A DNA stretch of 63,918 bases, filler included, from Octopus bimaculoides (lineage: Eukaryota), in assembly GCF_001194135.2 (NCBI RefSeq). It is 4 parts of 4 records of this genome, joined end to end, with 100 filler letters (N's around TTAATTAATTAA, not from the genome) between each part and the next. Parts side by side here need not be neighbours in the genome. Positions count along the whole stretch, not along the records: positions 31,380 to 59,817 come from NC_069009.1; positions 59,918 to 62,808 come from NC_068988.1; 2 more parts are not named here. One strand, given 5' to 3'. Position 1 is the first letter of the stretch; the number at the start of each line of letters is the position of its first letter. Below are positions 51,574 to 61,938 of this stretch, piece by piece. Below the pieces are notes generated by a model. That model had not been told where the DNA came from and did no database searches. It saw only the letters and a list, made by a program, of their open reading frames with translations. The translations under genes were made by a program, and so were the position numbers.

Positions 51574-51716
51574 CAATTGTGGCCAAAAGTTTGGAACCTT
51601 GGTCTGAAAATTAGAATTTTTATATTAAATGCCCAAAGTTATATTTGAATTGAATTGTATTTCGGTATAACAATTTTAATTTTTCAAAATTTTTTCCAAA
51701 CTTTTGTCCACAACTG
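51574..51716. mobile_element. 143-bp Tc1-type MITE with TA TSD, nested in a family A SINE
   Basis: TIRs (ta)caattgtggccaaaagtttggaa / ttccaaacttttgtccacaactg(ta), 23/25 match. Removing the element restores 'gactatagtagaagacac'. Confidence 0.9.
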
Positions 51717-51891
51717 TAGTAGAAGACACTTGCCAAAAGTGCCATGCAGTGGAACTGAACCTAAAACTATGTGATTGAGAAGCAGACTTCTTACCACACA
51801 GCCATGACTGCACCTATAAACCACACTTGTGCCTATGAGCCACACCTGTGCCTATATATTTAATCTTTATTTCTCTCTCTGTTTCTTGTAG

Positions 51892-52016
51892 TTACAACAA
51901 AACTCTTGCAGACCTGATATGTCTTTTTTATGACAAATTATTCCAATGCCTTTTCCAACACTATTATAGAATATCTTTGGTGGAGATTATTTCAACTGGA
52001 CTTCGCAACTGTTTCT
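51892..52016 (+). CDS. MEI1: MEI1-like exon e (125 nt, phase 2-1)
   Basis: ctgtttcttgtag|...T|gtgagt. Open peptide SYNKTLADLICLFYDKLFQCLF...VEIISTGLRNCF. Phase is compatible with both neighbours. Confidence 0.8.
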
Positions 52017-52816
52017 GTGAGTGAATCTCTCCCTTCTTTTACTTCTGTCTCTTTCTTTATTCCTGTGGGACTAATGCCTTAGCCCAATCTATAAAATATC
52101 TGTGAAAGTACATACACACTTATATGTGTTTATGTATGTTTGTATGTGTGTGGGGGTGTATATGTGTGTATGTATGACTGTGTAAGTGCATGTATGTATG
52201 ATCATGTTTGTAAGTATGTGTGTATGTACGTATGTATGCATGTATGTTTGTATGTATGCATGTATGTATGTATGTATGTATGCACGTATGTATGTCTGTT
52301 CTCTTCTGTTTTTAATTATTTAACCCTTTAACATTTAAACCATCTTCAGCCAAAATATTTTATCTATTTTATGTTCAAGCTGGCCAGATCTGGCCCCTCA
52401 CACCTACCCTACAATATCATTCTAAGATTTAAGTAACCACATCAAAATTTTGAAGCTAAGAGATAATACATGATTAATTCAAGGCAGTGTGAATAAAAAA
52501 GCATTATGTTTGACAGAGTAGCCAAATGCTACAGGGTTAAATCCTTCCTCTAAAGAAGGAACTGGTTTCTAACAAAGATACAAAGCTCCATCTTTGGAAT
52601 CTGTTATCTTTTATCTTTTACATGTTTCAGTCATTTGACAGTGGCCATACTGGAGCAGTGCATTGGAGGGTTTAGTCAAATAAATTGATCTCAGGACTTA
52701 TTTTTTTAAGCATAGTACGTATTCTGTCAGTCATAACACACCAACACTGGTTGTCAAGCAGTAGTGGGAGACAAACACAGACACAAAGACATGCACACAC
52801 ACACCACACGCACACA

Positions 52817-52859
<43 letters not shown>

Positions 52860-53344
52860 NNNNNNNNNNNNNNNNNNNNNNNNNNNNNNNNNNNNNNNNN
52901 NNNNNNNNNNNNNNNNNNNNNNNNNNNNNNNNNNNNNNNNNNNNNNNNNNNNNNNNNNNNNNNNNNNNNNNNNNNNNNNNNNNNNNNNNNNNNNNNNNNN
53001 NNNNNNNNNNNNNNNNNNNTATCTGCCAAATCAGATTGGAGCCTAGTGTAGCCATCTGGTTCACCAGTCCTCAGTCAAATCGTCCAACCCATCCTAGCAT
53101 GGAAAGCGGACGTTAAGCGATGATGATGATGATGATGATGATATATATATATATATATATATACAACAAGCTTCTTTTAGATTCTATCTACCAAATCCAC
53201 TCACAAAGCTTTGGTCAACCCAAGGCTATAGTAGACACTTGCCCATGGTGCCATGCAGTAGGACTGAACTCAGAACCATGTGGTTGGGAAGCAAGCTTCT
53301 TACCACACAGCCACGGCTGCACCCATGTAGAGAACAAAAACAAT

Positions 53345-53830
53345 GTCACATTTTAAACTTAAGAAAAGTCTTGTATATTTTTACTGTTTCTCTTACAGAT
53401 TGTTTTTTATAATGTGTGAATTAATTGATTTCTTTTTCTGAAATTCAAGTTTATCCAATTCAGCATTTTGTCAGTTAGGCATTTAGTCACAAAACTAAAT
53501 GCATCAATTATTATTGGTATAAATGTAAATTTGTAATCTGGATATAGATACTGGAAGTTTCAAAGCAGTTGTCTATAGTTATCTTCTTTCTCTTTCATTT
53601 TCAAACAGATATTCACATCAGCAGGACATTTGACCTCTATGATAGTACATACTTTTTCTTGTCTGTCCCAAACAATAATATCTAGCCTGTTATGTTTACG
53701 CATGAGAGAAAATTTGATGGGAATGATCCACCAATATTCCTTGTGCTAATATTTGTGTATGTATTCAATAAGAGGAAGGTTCTCTATATTTATTCCAGGA
53801 ATAGTCTTTTTTCTGGATGGCATCGTATAT
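53345..53830 (-). mobile_element. RLE-type LINE endonuclease fragment
   Basis: 'KHNRLDIIVWDRQEKVCTIIEVKCPADVN...KEKEDNY..L...Y.DYKFTFIPIIIDAF' (PD-(D/E)xK RLE signature). Confidence 0.8.
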
Positions 53831-54055
53831 TGTGTTTGTGACAATGTCATGTTGCATAGGGACGTAGTATCTTGATGTATGTATGCATGTCTGTATGTAT
53901 GTATGTATGTATGTATGCACGCATGTTTATGTTTGTGTATGCATATATTTATTTCAGTCATTAGACTGTGGCCATGCTGGGTCAACACTTTGAAGAGTTT
54001 CTAATCAAATGAATTGGTCCCAGTACTTTTATTATTATTATTATTATTATTATTA

Positions 54056-54107
<52 letters not shown>

Positions 54108-54152
54108 TATTGAAAGATAGAGAAATAAAATTTTTTTTATTCTCAAATGCAT

Positions 54153-54320
54153 GATAATGCTAATAAATAGCGTGATCAGGATAAATTATCCATACATTGC
54201 AGAAAAATATGTTACCGGCCAGCCATGAGACTTGAACTCACATCTCATGGCTGGCCGGTAATGTATTTTTCTGCAATGGATGGATAATTTATCCTGATCA
54301 CGCTATTTATTAGCATTATC
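54153..54320. repeat. Near-perfect palindrome, 78-bp arms, 12-nt loop (abuts a gap)
   Basis: 75/78 complementary; loop cttgaactcaca at 54231-54242. Confidence 0.92.
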
Positions 54321-54387
54321 NNNNNNNNNNTTCTAATCAAATGAATTGGTCCCAGTACTTTTATTATTATTATTATTATTATTATTA

Positions 54388-54436
<49 letters not shown>

Positions 54437-54445
54437 TACTACTAT

Positions 54446-54482
<37 letters not shown>

Positions 54483-55050
54483 GCCCATCCAGGGATGTTA
54501 AATGAAGACTTTTCCTTCTTAAGGCAGCGAGCTGGTAGAAACACTAGCATACTGAGCAAAATACTTAGTGGCATTTCATCTATCCTTATGTTCTGAGTTC
54601 AAATTCTGCCGAGGTTGACTTTTCCTTTCATCCTTTTGGGGTTAATAAAATAAGTACCAATGAAACACTGGGGCCGATGATTTCGACTAGTCCCCTTCCT
54701 CCAAGTTTTAGATCTTGTGCATTTAGTAAAAATGATTATTATTATTGTAATAGTGAGCTAGCAGAATCATTAGCATGCTGGACAAAATGCTTAGTGGTAT
54801 TTCGCCCACCACTACGTTCTGAGTTCAATTTCCACCAAGGTCAGCTTTGCCTTTCATCTTTTCAGGATTGATAAATTAAGTACCATTGAAAGACTGGGGT
54901 TGATGTAATCAACTTAAACCCCGCCCTGAAGTTGCCCTTGTAGCAAAAATTTGAAATTGTTGTTGTTGTTGTTGTTGTTGTGTAGTTTCAAGCAAATTTC
55001 TACTGCATCACCTGCTACACCTCTGAATTCTTATTATTATCCTTCTACAG

Positions 55051-55153
55051 TTTGTTTACGAGACATCTATCAGGAGTTTGTGCAGACAAGTGAGGACGGT
55101 ACTAAGGAGTTTATATTAACACTCCTCTACTTCTGCTACAGAAACCATTATGA
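55051..55153 (+). CDS. MEI1: MEI1-like exon f (103 nt, phase 1-2)
   Basis: tccttctacag|...GA|gtaagt. Peptide ..KEFILTLLYFCYRNHY vs recalled 'QYCILLLFYLAYIHED'. Confidence 0.85.
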
Positions 55154-55748
55154 GTAAGTGAGGATGGCACATGGCACAGGTGCCCTTTCTTATATTTCAT
55201 ATCTAAACCACAACAATCAGTCGAGGTTGTTGATGCTTCTCACTTGCAAAACCTTTTCTTTTTTATCTATCTTTTAACTTTTACTTGTTTCAGTCATTAA
55301 CTGTGGCCATGCTGGGGCAACATTTTGAAGAGTTTTTAGTCAAATGAATTGATCCCAGTACTTTTTCTTTAAATCTGGTACTTATTCAATCAGTCTCTTT
55401 TACTGAACAGCCAAGTTACAGGGATGTAAACAAACCAACACTGGTTGTCATACAGTGGGTGGAGAGGGAACAAACACAAGCACAAAGGCACACACACATA
55501 TATAAGTGTGTGTGTTGTGGAAGGATTCCGACCACCTCTCAAGTGACTAAAGGTGGACTGACTCATTGTCAAAGAATTGTGAGTGATTGGCAGTTTGGGC
55601 TGGTAAGCAGTTCACTGTGAGCCTTTGATATAGAGCATTGAGTCTTGTGTAATAGTTACAGTAGTGTGTCATGTCAATACTTTCTTCCCCCCACCCCTCG
55701 CTTTGTTAAATTATATATCCAACATACAAGGATATAAAAATATATATA

Positions 55749-56367
55749 CAAAGTCTGATCAATAAGTATCCAAACTGCTGCCATAGTAACAAAGATAAAG
55801 CATACAGAGTAAAGCCGCTTGGCACAGATTGACCTTGAACTCTGCTGTGCATGCACACTAAGTTTTAATGTTCTAACTCACTTCCACTATTTACAGCAGT
55901 GCTTGGGAGGAAGGTATGTAGCATGTGATCATTGCATTCACCATGACAGAGAAAATTGTCATGACAATACCTACTCAGAGGCCTATGCAAAGTTGCAGAA
56001 AGAGTATGGAGAGGAGTGTATGAGCTGCACACAAGTGTATGAGTGGTTCAGATGTTACCAAGATGACCAGAAAAATGTCGATATTGAGGAATGTTCTGGG
56101 AGACCTGAAACCAGCAAAATTGAGAAAAAACATTGCAGATGTCTCTGCTGCTGTGAGGGAAATCGTCGAATCACCATCCATGAGTTATCAGAGAATGTGC
56201 AGATAAGTTATGGTTCAGTTCAGTCGATTATCACTGAAGATTTGAGTATGAGATGCATGTCTGCCAAGGTTGTGCCAAAGCTGTTTTCAGCTGACCAAAA
56301 AGACACTCAGGTCTCAGTTATACAAGATCTTCTTGATTGTGTCTAAAACACTGAAAACTCTTTGAAA
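55749..56367 (+). mobile_element. Mariner two-left-end family, long arm only
   Basis: Same TIR and transposase 5' fragment as 34900-35503 and 61939-62545; ends at the same internal junction 'gaaaactctttgaaa'. Confidence 0.85.
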
Positions 56368-56417
56368 TGATGATGATGATGATGATGATGAGCACACATT
56401 CTCTTTATATTTTACAG

Positions 56418-56529
56418 ATGTTTACCAATAAAAATTCTATTTGACATTCTTGACTACTACATATCTTGTCATGTTCTCTTGAAAGTTTTGCCTGAATATC
56501 TTCTCAAGTCTTTGGTTTTCCTTCTTGCT
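56418..56529 (+). CDS. MEI1: MEI1-like exon g (112 nt, phase 2-0)
   Basis: atattttacag|...GCT|gtaagt. Peptide ECLPIKILFDIL...LPEYLLKSLVFLLA vs recalled 'RFVSEAELFEAV...PPLVVFKASIYLLA'. Confidence 0.85.
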
Positions 56530-58241
56530 GTAAGTAATATTTTGTTTCAGCTTTTGTCATTTGTTATCTTATATTTTTTTACCTTCTTCAGTTATTAGAC
56601 CGCGACCATGCTGAGGCACAACTTTGAGGAATTTTTAGTCAAATGAATCAACCATAGTACTTTACTTTTTTTATTTTTGCGACTGGTAGTTATTCTATCA
56701 GTCTCTTTTTCTGAACTGCTAAATATGGAAATATAAATACACCAACACCAATTGCTGAATGGTNNNNNNNNNNNNNNNNNNNNNNNNNNNNNNNNNNNNN
56801 NNNNNNNNNNNNNNNNNNNNNNNNNNNNNNNNNNNNNNNNNNNNNNNNNNNNNNNNNNNNNNNNNNNNNNNNNNNNNNNNNNNNNNNNNNNNNNNNNNNN
56901 NNNNNNNNNNNNNNNNNNNNNNNNNNNNNNNNNNNNNNNNNNNNNNNNNNNNNNNNNNNAGACACAGACACAGACACAAAGACACATGCATACACACACA
57001 TGCACACACACAAATATATGATGAGCCTCTTTTAATTTCCATCTACCAAATCCACTCTCAAGGCATTGGTCAGCCCAAGGCTATAATAGAAGACACTTGC
57101 CAAGGTGCCACACTGTGGGACTGAACCTGGAACCATGTGGTTGGGAAGCAAGTTTCTTGTCACACACAATAAAAATTTTTTGAAAATGTGTTTGAAATCT
57201 ATGTACTTGGTTTAAATATCATATTTCTGAGAAAATTTACAAAGCTTTTTAAATACCTAGACCCTTCGTTGTTACCAATCCCTTGTGAGCTGACAACTTC
57301 AGGCAAGTACTAGTCATTTACCATCATCATCGTCATAGGTGCAGGCATGGTAGTGTGGTAAACAGCTTGTTTCCTAACCGCATGGTTCTGAGTTTAGTTC
57401 CATTGCATGACACCTTGGGCAAGTGTCTTCTACTGTAACCTCAGGCCGACCAAAGCCTTGTGAGTGGATTTAGTAGACGGAAACTGAAAGAAGCCCATCA
57501 TATATGTATGTATGTATGTATATATTTATGTACGTATGTATGTATGTACGTATGTATGTATGTGTCTTTGTGTCTGCTTGTCCCCCCCCCCCAACACTGC
57601 TTGACAACCAGTGTTGGTATGTAACTTAGAGGTTCAGCAAGAAGAGTTCAATAGAATAAGAACCCGGCTTTAAAAAGAAATAAGTACTAGGTCGATTCAT
57701 TTGACTAAAAACCCTTCAAAGTGGTGCTCTAGCATGGCTGCTGTCAAATGACTGAAACTAGAAAAAAATTTTAAAAAACAATCGTTTTCATATTGTTTTT
57801 CATGCTTGGATCGAATGAAGTTTATTGAGGGCAGATTTCCTACTGCCAGATGCCCATCTTGTCACCAACCCTTACCTTTTTTGAAGTAAGCTAATACTTC
57901 CCCATGGCCAGACATGTTTTTGCAGAATGTTGGATGTGAATGACTCTGCTTTGATGACAGTGACACTCATTTACAACTATTACATAATGTCAAAACAAGG
58001 AGACACAGACATACATACACTTGCAATATATATATATTCATATATATACATACACACACACACACACATATATGTATATAACAAAACCATTCACACCGAA
58101 AGCATATATATATATATGTATATGTGGTATGTTTGCTTCCCATTGCATGGCAGTTTTGGCAAGTGTCTTCTACTATAGCCTTGGACCAACCAAAGCCTGT
58201 AGATGGATTTAGTAGCTGGAAACTGAAAGAAGACTGTTGCA

Positions 58242-58288
<47 letters not shown>

Positions 58289-58406
58289 TTGTGTCTGTGT
58301 TTGTCCTCCACCACTGCTTGACAACTGGTGTTGGGATGTTTAAATCCCAGTAACTTAGTGGTTCAGTAAAAGGAATTGATAGAATAGCTACATGACTTCA
58401 AAAAAA

Positions 58407-58640
58407 TATTTACATTATTTACATTCAACGGATATTTGTCCTCATCTTGTTTGTTGTTAACACAATGTTTCAGCTGATATACCCTCCAGCCTTCTTCAGG
58501 TGCCTTGGGGAAATTTCGAACCTGGGTTCTCATTCCTAAGGTATTTTTCGATGTTATTATTATTATTATTGTTCAGGTCACTGCTTGGAATCGAACTCGA
58601 AATCTTGGGGTTAGTAGCCCACGCTCTTAACTACTACGCC
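58407..58640 (-). mobile_element. tRNA-headed, hammerhead-containing SINE-like element, inverted copy
   Basis: Reverse complement of 58641-58892. HHR at 58459-58504: GGCAC-CUGAAGA-A-GGCUG..CAGCU-GAAA-C-AUU-GUGUU. Confidence 0.8.
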
Positions 58641-58707
58641 ATAGTGGTTAAGAGCGCAGGCTACTAACCCCAAGATTCCGAGTTCGATTCCAAGCAGTGA
58701 CTTGGAC

Positions 58708-58750
<43 letters not shown>

Positions 58751-58926
58751 TCGAAAAATACCTTAGGAATGAGAACCCAGGTTTGAAATTTCCCCAAGAC
58801 ACCTGAAGAAGGCTGGAGGGTATATCAGCCGAAACGTGTTAACAACAAACAAGATGAGGACAAATAGCCATCAAATGTAAATAATGTAAATAATGCACAT
58901 AATTCCTCATCTCTTAAATATAGAAC
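58641..58926 (+). mobile_element. tRNA-headed, hammerhead-containing SINE-like element
   Basis: A-box-like tagtggttaag (58642-58652), anticodon-like arm ggctactaaccc, B-box-like gagttcgattcc (58680-58691), (AAT)n, then the HHR at 58798-58840. Confidence 0.8.
58798..58840 (+). ncRNA. Minimal type I hammerhead motif (cleavage triplet deleted in this copy)
   Basis: GACAC-CUGAAGA-A-GGCUG-gagggtatat-CAGCC-GAAA-C-[GUU missing]-GUGUU. Confidence 0.65.
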
Positions 58927-59011
58927 AATATTGATTGTGTTTAATCTCCCTTCATGTGATTATCTGAAGGTTGTTCCTTTTAAATCTTTTTTATTTCTAA
59001 TTTCATTTCAG

Positions 59012-59050
59012 TGGGGGTCAAAATACTCAAATACTGGACCCAAGTTTGCC
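59012..59050 (+). CDS. MEI1: Tentative MEI1-like exon h (39 nt, phase 0-0)
   Basis: Strong sites (tttctaatttcatttcag|...GCC|gtaagt), open and in phase with exon g (WGSKYSNTGPKFA). Little recognisable similarity. Confidence 0.5.
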
Positions 59051-59245
59051 GTAAGTAAACGTAAGTTCAACATTTCCACTCTCATAAGCAGTGAGCTGGC
59101 AGAATGGTTAACTCAGCAGGAGAAATGCTTAGCAACGTTTCATTTTTCCTTACATTTTGAGTTCAAATACTGCCGAGGTCAACTTTGCCTTTCATCCTTT
59201 CGAGATAGATAAAATAAGCAAAATTTAAAACTCTTCTTCTTCTTC

Positions 59246-59313
<68 letters not shown>

Positions 59314-59917
59314 GATTGAGAGAACAGTGCATGCCATCAAAGTGACACTGAGGTAAAATATATGAAGCCCAGTATATCTATCATGGCTACACCAGGCACA
59401 TGCATCACAACTAGATGTGCCCAACATGGTGATCTGCATGGAACCTCAGGCAAGTGTCTTCTGCTAGAGCCTCAGGCTGACCAAAGCCTTGTGAGTGGAT
59501 TTGAAGAAGCCCATCATATATATATATATATACCGGAGTAAGCACATGAAATGTGCAACAAGGTGGAAAAAAGAGTACTCAAATACCAGAGGTAGAGTCA
59601 TCATCATCATCATCATCGTTTAACGTCCGCTTTCCATGCTAGCATGGGTTGGACGATTTGACTGAGGACTGGTGAAACCGGATGGCAACACCAGGCTCCA
59701 GTCCGACTTGGCAGAGTTTCTACAGCTGGATGCCCTTCCTAACGCCAACCACTCAGAGAGTGTAGTGGGTGCTTTTACGTGTCACCCGCACGAAAACGGC
59801 CACGCTCGAAATGGTGTNNNNNNNNNNNNNNNNNNNNNNNNNNNNNNNNNNNNNNNNNNNNTTAATTAATTAANNNNNNNNNNNNNNNNNNNNNNNNNNN
59901 NNNNNNNNNNNNNNNNN

Positions 59918-59948
<31 letters not shown>

Positions 59949-59974
59949 CATACATACATGCATACATATCAGTA

Positions 59975-60320
59975 TATAAGAAGTGTAGACAAAAAGTGTC
60001 CGACCTTTGGCCAAAAAACAAGTAATATTAACTCACTATTTTGATTTAGTTTCCTTCAACATATTCGCCTTTAGAGTCTACACGCTTCTACCAGAGTTCC
60101 TCCCAATGCTGGGAACATTTCTGGAAGACACTTTTTGAGGTGGCGTAGAGCTGTACCGTCGAATTTTGCTTAATGTCCTCTGTTACCACAAATCTCCCTA
60201 TGAATATTCTTTTGAGATTTGGAAATAGCCAAATGTCACACAGAGCCAAGTCTGGAATGTAGGAGGCCTGATGAACAAGTGGTGTGATGTTGTTTTCACT
60301 GTAAAAGTTTGACCCTGTTT
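59975..60320 (-). mobile_element. Mariner 3' fragment
   Basis: 'YIPDLALCDIWLFPNLK' (YSPDLAP.D) and 'QHWEELW*KRVDSKGEYVEG'. Confidence 0.8.
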
Positions 60321-60332
60321 GAAGGAGAATTC

Positions 60333-60700
60333 CTATCCCTCAGTTAGGCTGACACATATACCACAGTTAGGTCTTACGCATTTTTCCTTTTTGCTGTCGG
60401 TTTCGATGTTGTTCACGAGTGCACTTGGGCCTGTGTTAGGAGACTTTTCATCGACTTGGACTGTCTTTTGACAGCCCAAGTCAATGAAAAGTCTTCTAGC
60501 ACGGGCTCTTTGTGATGGTGTGTGTTTGGAGGATTTGATCCTTTCTTTGTTCCATCTTAAATAAAAGAATGCTCTGGAGGATGGTGTCAAAGGCATCATT
60601 ATTTTTTGGAGGGTGGGGGGATTGTTCATGGATATGTGTGGCAGGGCTTTTCGTTGTAAATCTTACTTTAGTCTGGGGTGTATGAGTTCATGGATGCTGA
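60333..60700 (-). pseudogene. Possible Penelope-like linker fragment with Cys knuckle
   Basis: 'KEKCVRPNCGIC' resembles the KC.RP.C..C motif that precedes GIY-YIG in PLEs. Confidence 0.45.
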
Positions 60701-60789
60701 GTTGTAGGGTATGAGTATCTGTGTATTTGTATGTGTGTGTATCTTCGTATAATGAAGAAAACTTGCTGTGATTTCTAAGTTAGTTTACT

Positions 60790-61786
60790 TAGGGAGCACA
60801 CGAAACACATCAGCAAATATGATGAAGTGTCACTACGCATTCAGAAAGCCAGTTTGCTTTTGGCAAACTGGAAGACGGCTTATGGTCTAGACATAATATT
60901 TCGACTGCGACAAGGACTAAGCTATACAATACATGTATCTTAACCTATTTATCGTATGCTTGTGAAACCTTGACTGTATTGTAAGCACTTAAATTTTATG
61001 GAATGTTTTCATCATCAATGTCTCAGAAGGAATTTGAGAATCAGCTGGAAAACATTTGTGAGTGACGATGAGGTGCTTGAAAGAGGGAAATGCTTCAGTA
61101 TTGAATCCTTTGCTATTGTAGTACGGATTGCGAAAGCATGGACACTTAGTCAGAATGACAAACAACAGAATGCCTAAACAACTATTTTACGGAGAATTGG
61201 TGACAGGTAAGCGTCCCACAAACCGAAGATGAAGTATAAAGTCGGGATTGAATAGGATAAATGTTCCAATTGACAACTGGGAAGATTTAGCGCATTGCCG
61301 AGAAAAATGGAAAAAAGTTGTGTAAGAAGGTAAAAATAAATTTGAAAGGAAGAGAATGGAGCATGCAAAGATCAAAAGCAAGATGAGAAAAAGTGACAGG
61401 AATGATGTTCTAACAAGCATTAATGAACGTGATGATCTTACATGTAATTAATGTGGAAAGATTTGTCTTAGTAAGGCTGAGCTAACGAGCCATATGAAAT
61501 CACACAATGTACAACCGCATATTGATTACAGATGATTTCAAATGCATACTCTGTCATAAAGTATACATATCAAAGAGTGGCTTGAAAAGGCAAAGTAAAG
61601 TTCATGGAGCTGCAATTTATAAAATCACAAAGTTTCTTGCACTAATTTTCAAAAATCATGCAAGTCATTAGCAGGCCTCAAAAGCCATATTCGAGCAGCT
61701 CATCGATGATATTGTGGGGCATAAGGAAATTAGACAATGGCTCTACTCGAAATCGAGTTGGCAACCATCACACACACACACACACA

Positions 61787-61828
<42 letters not shown>

Positions 61829-61830
61829 AT
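60790..61830 (+). mobile_element. RTE-clade LINE 3' end with three C-terminal C2H2-type fingers and (CA)n tail
   Basis: 'DEVSLRIQKAS..FGKL...LWSRHNIS..T..KLYN.CIL..L.YACET...FHHQCLRR.L.ISWK..V.DDEVL...HGHLVRM.NNRMPKQLFYGEL..GKRP'. Fingers at 61443-61505, 61543-61605 and 61638-61703; stop at 61707-61709. Confidence 0.85.
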
Positions 61831-61938
61831 TGATGGTTCGTATTGAATTGTTAATTATATCCTGTGGTCGTATTTAAGGCTTTCATCGAAATAATGGAAT
61901 CAACACAAGGTCAAGGCATTAATCTATCACTTGCGATA

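Noticed and set aside
53609-53750. Plus-strand acceptor-like site
   Set aside because: All frames hit stops before a convincing donor; the minus strand is an RLE LINE fragment.
54001-54440. Duplicated SINE end + (ATT)n at 54001 and 54331
   Set aside because: The second copy starts right after a 10-N gap; likely an assembly artefact or collapsed alleles.
58641-58700. tRNA gene
   Set aside because: A/B boxes and an anticodon-like arm are present, but there is no acceptor stem; it is a SINE head.
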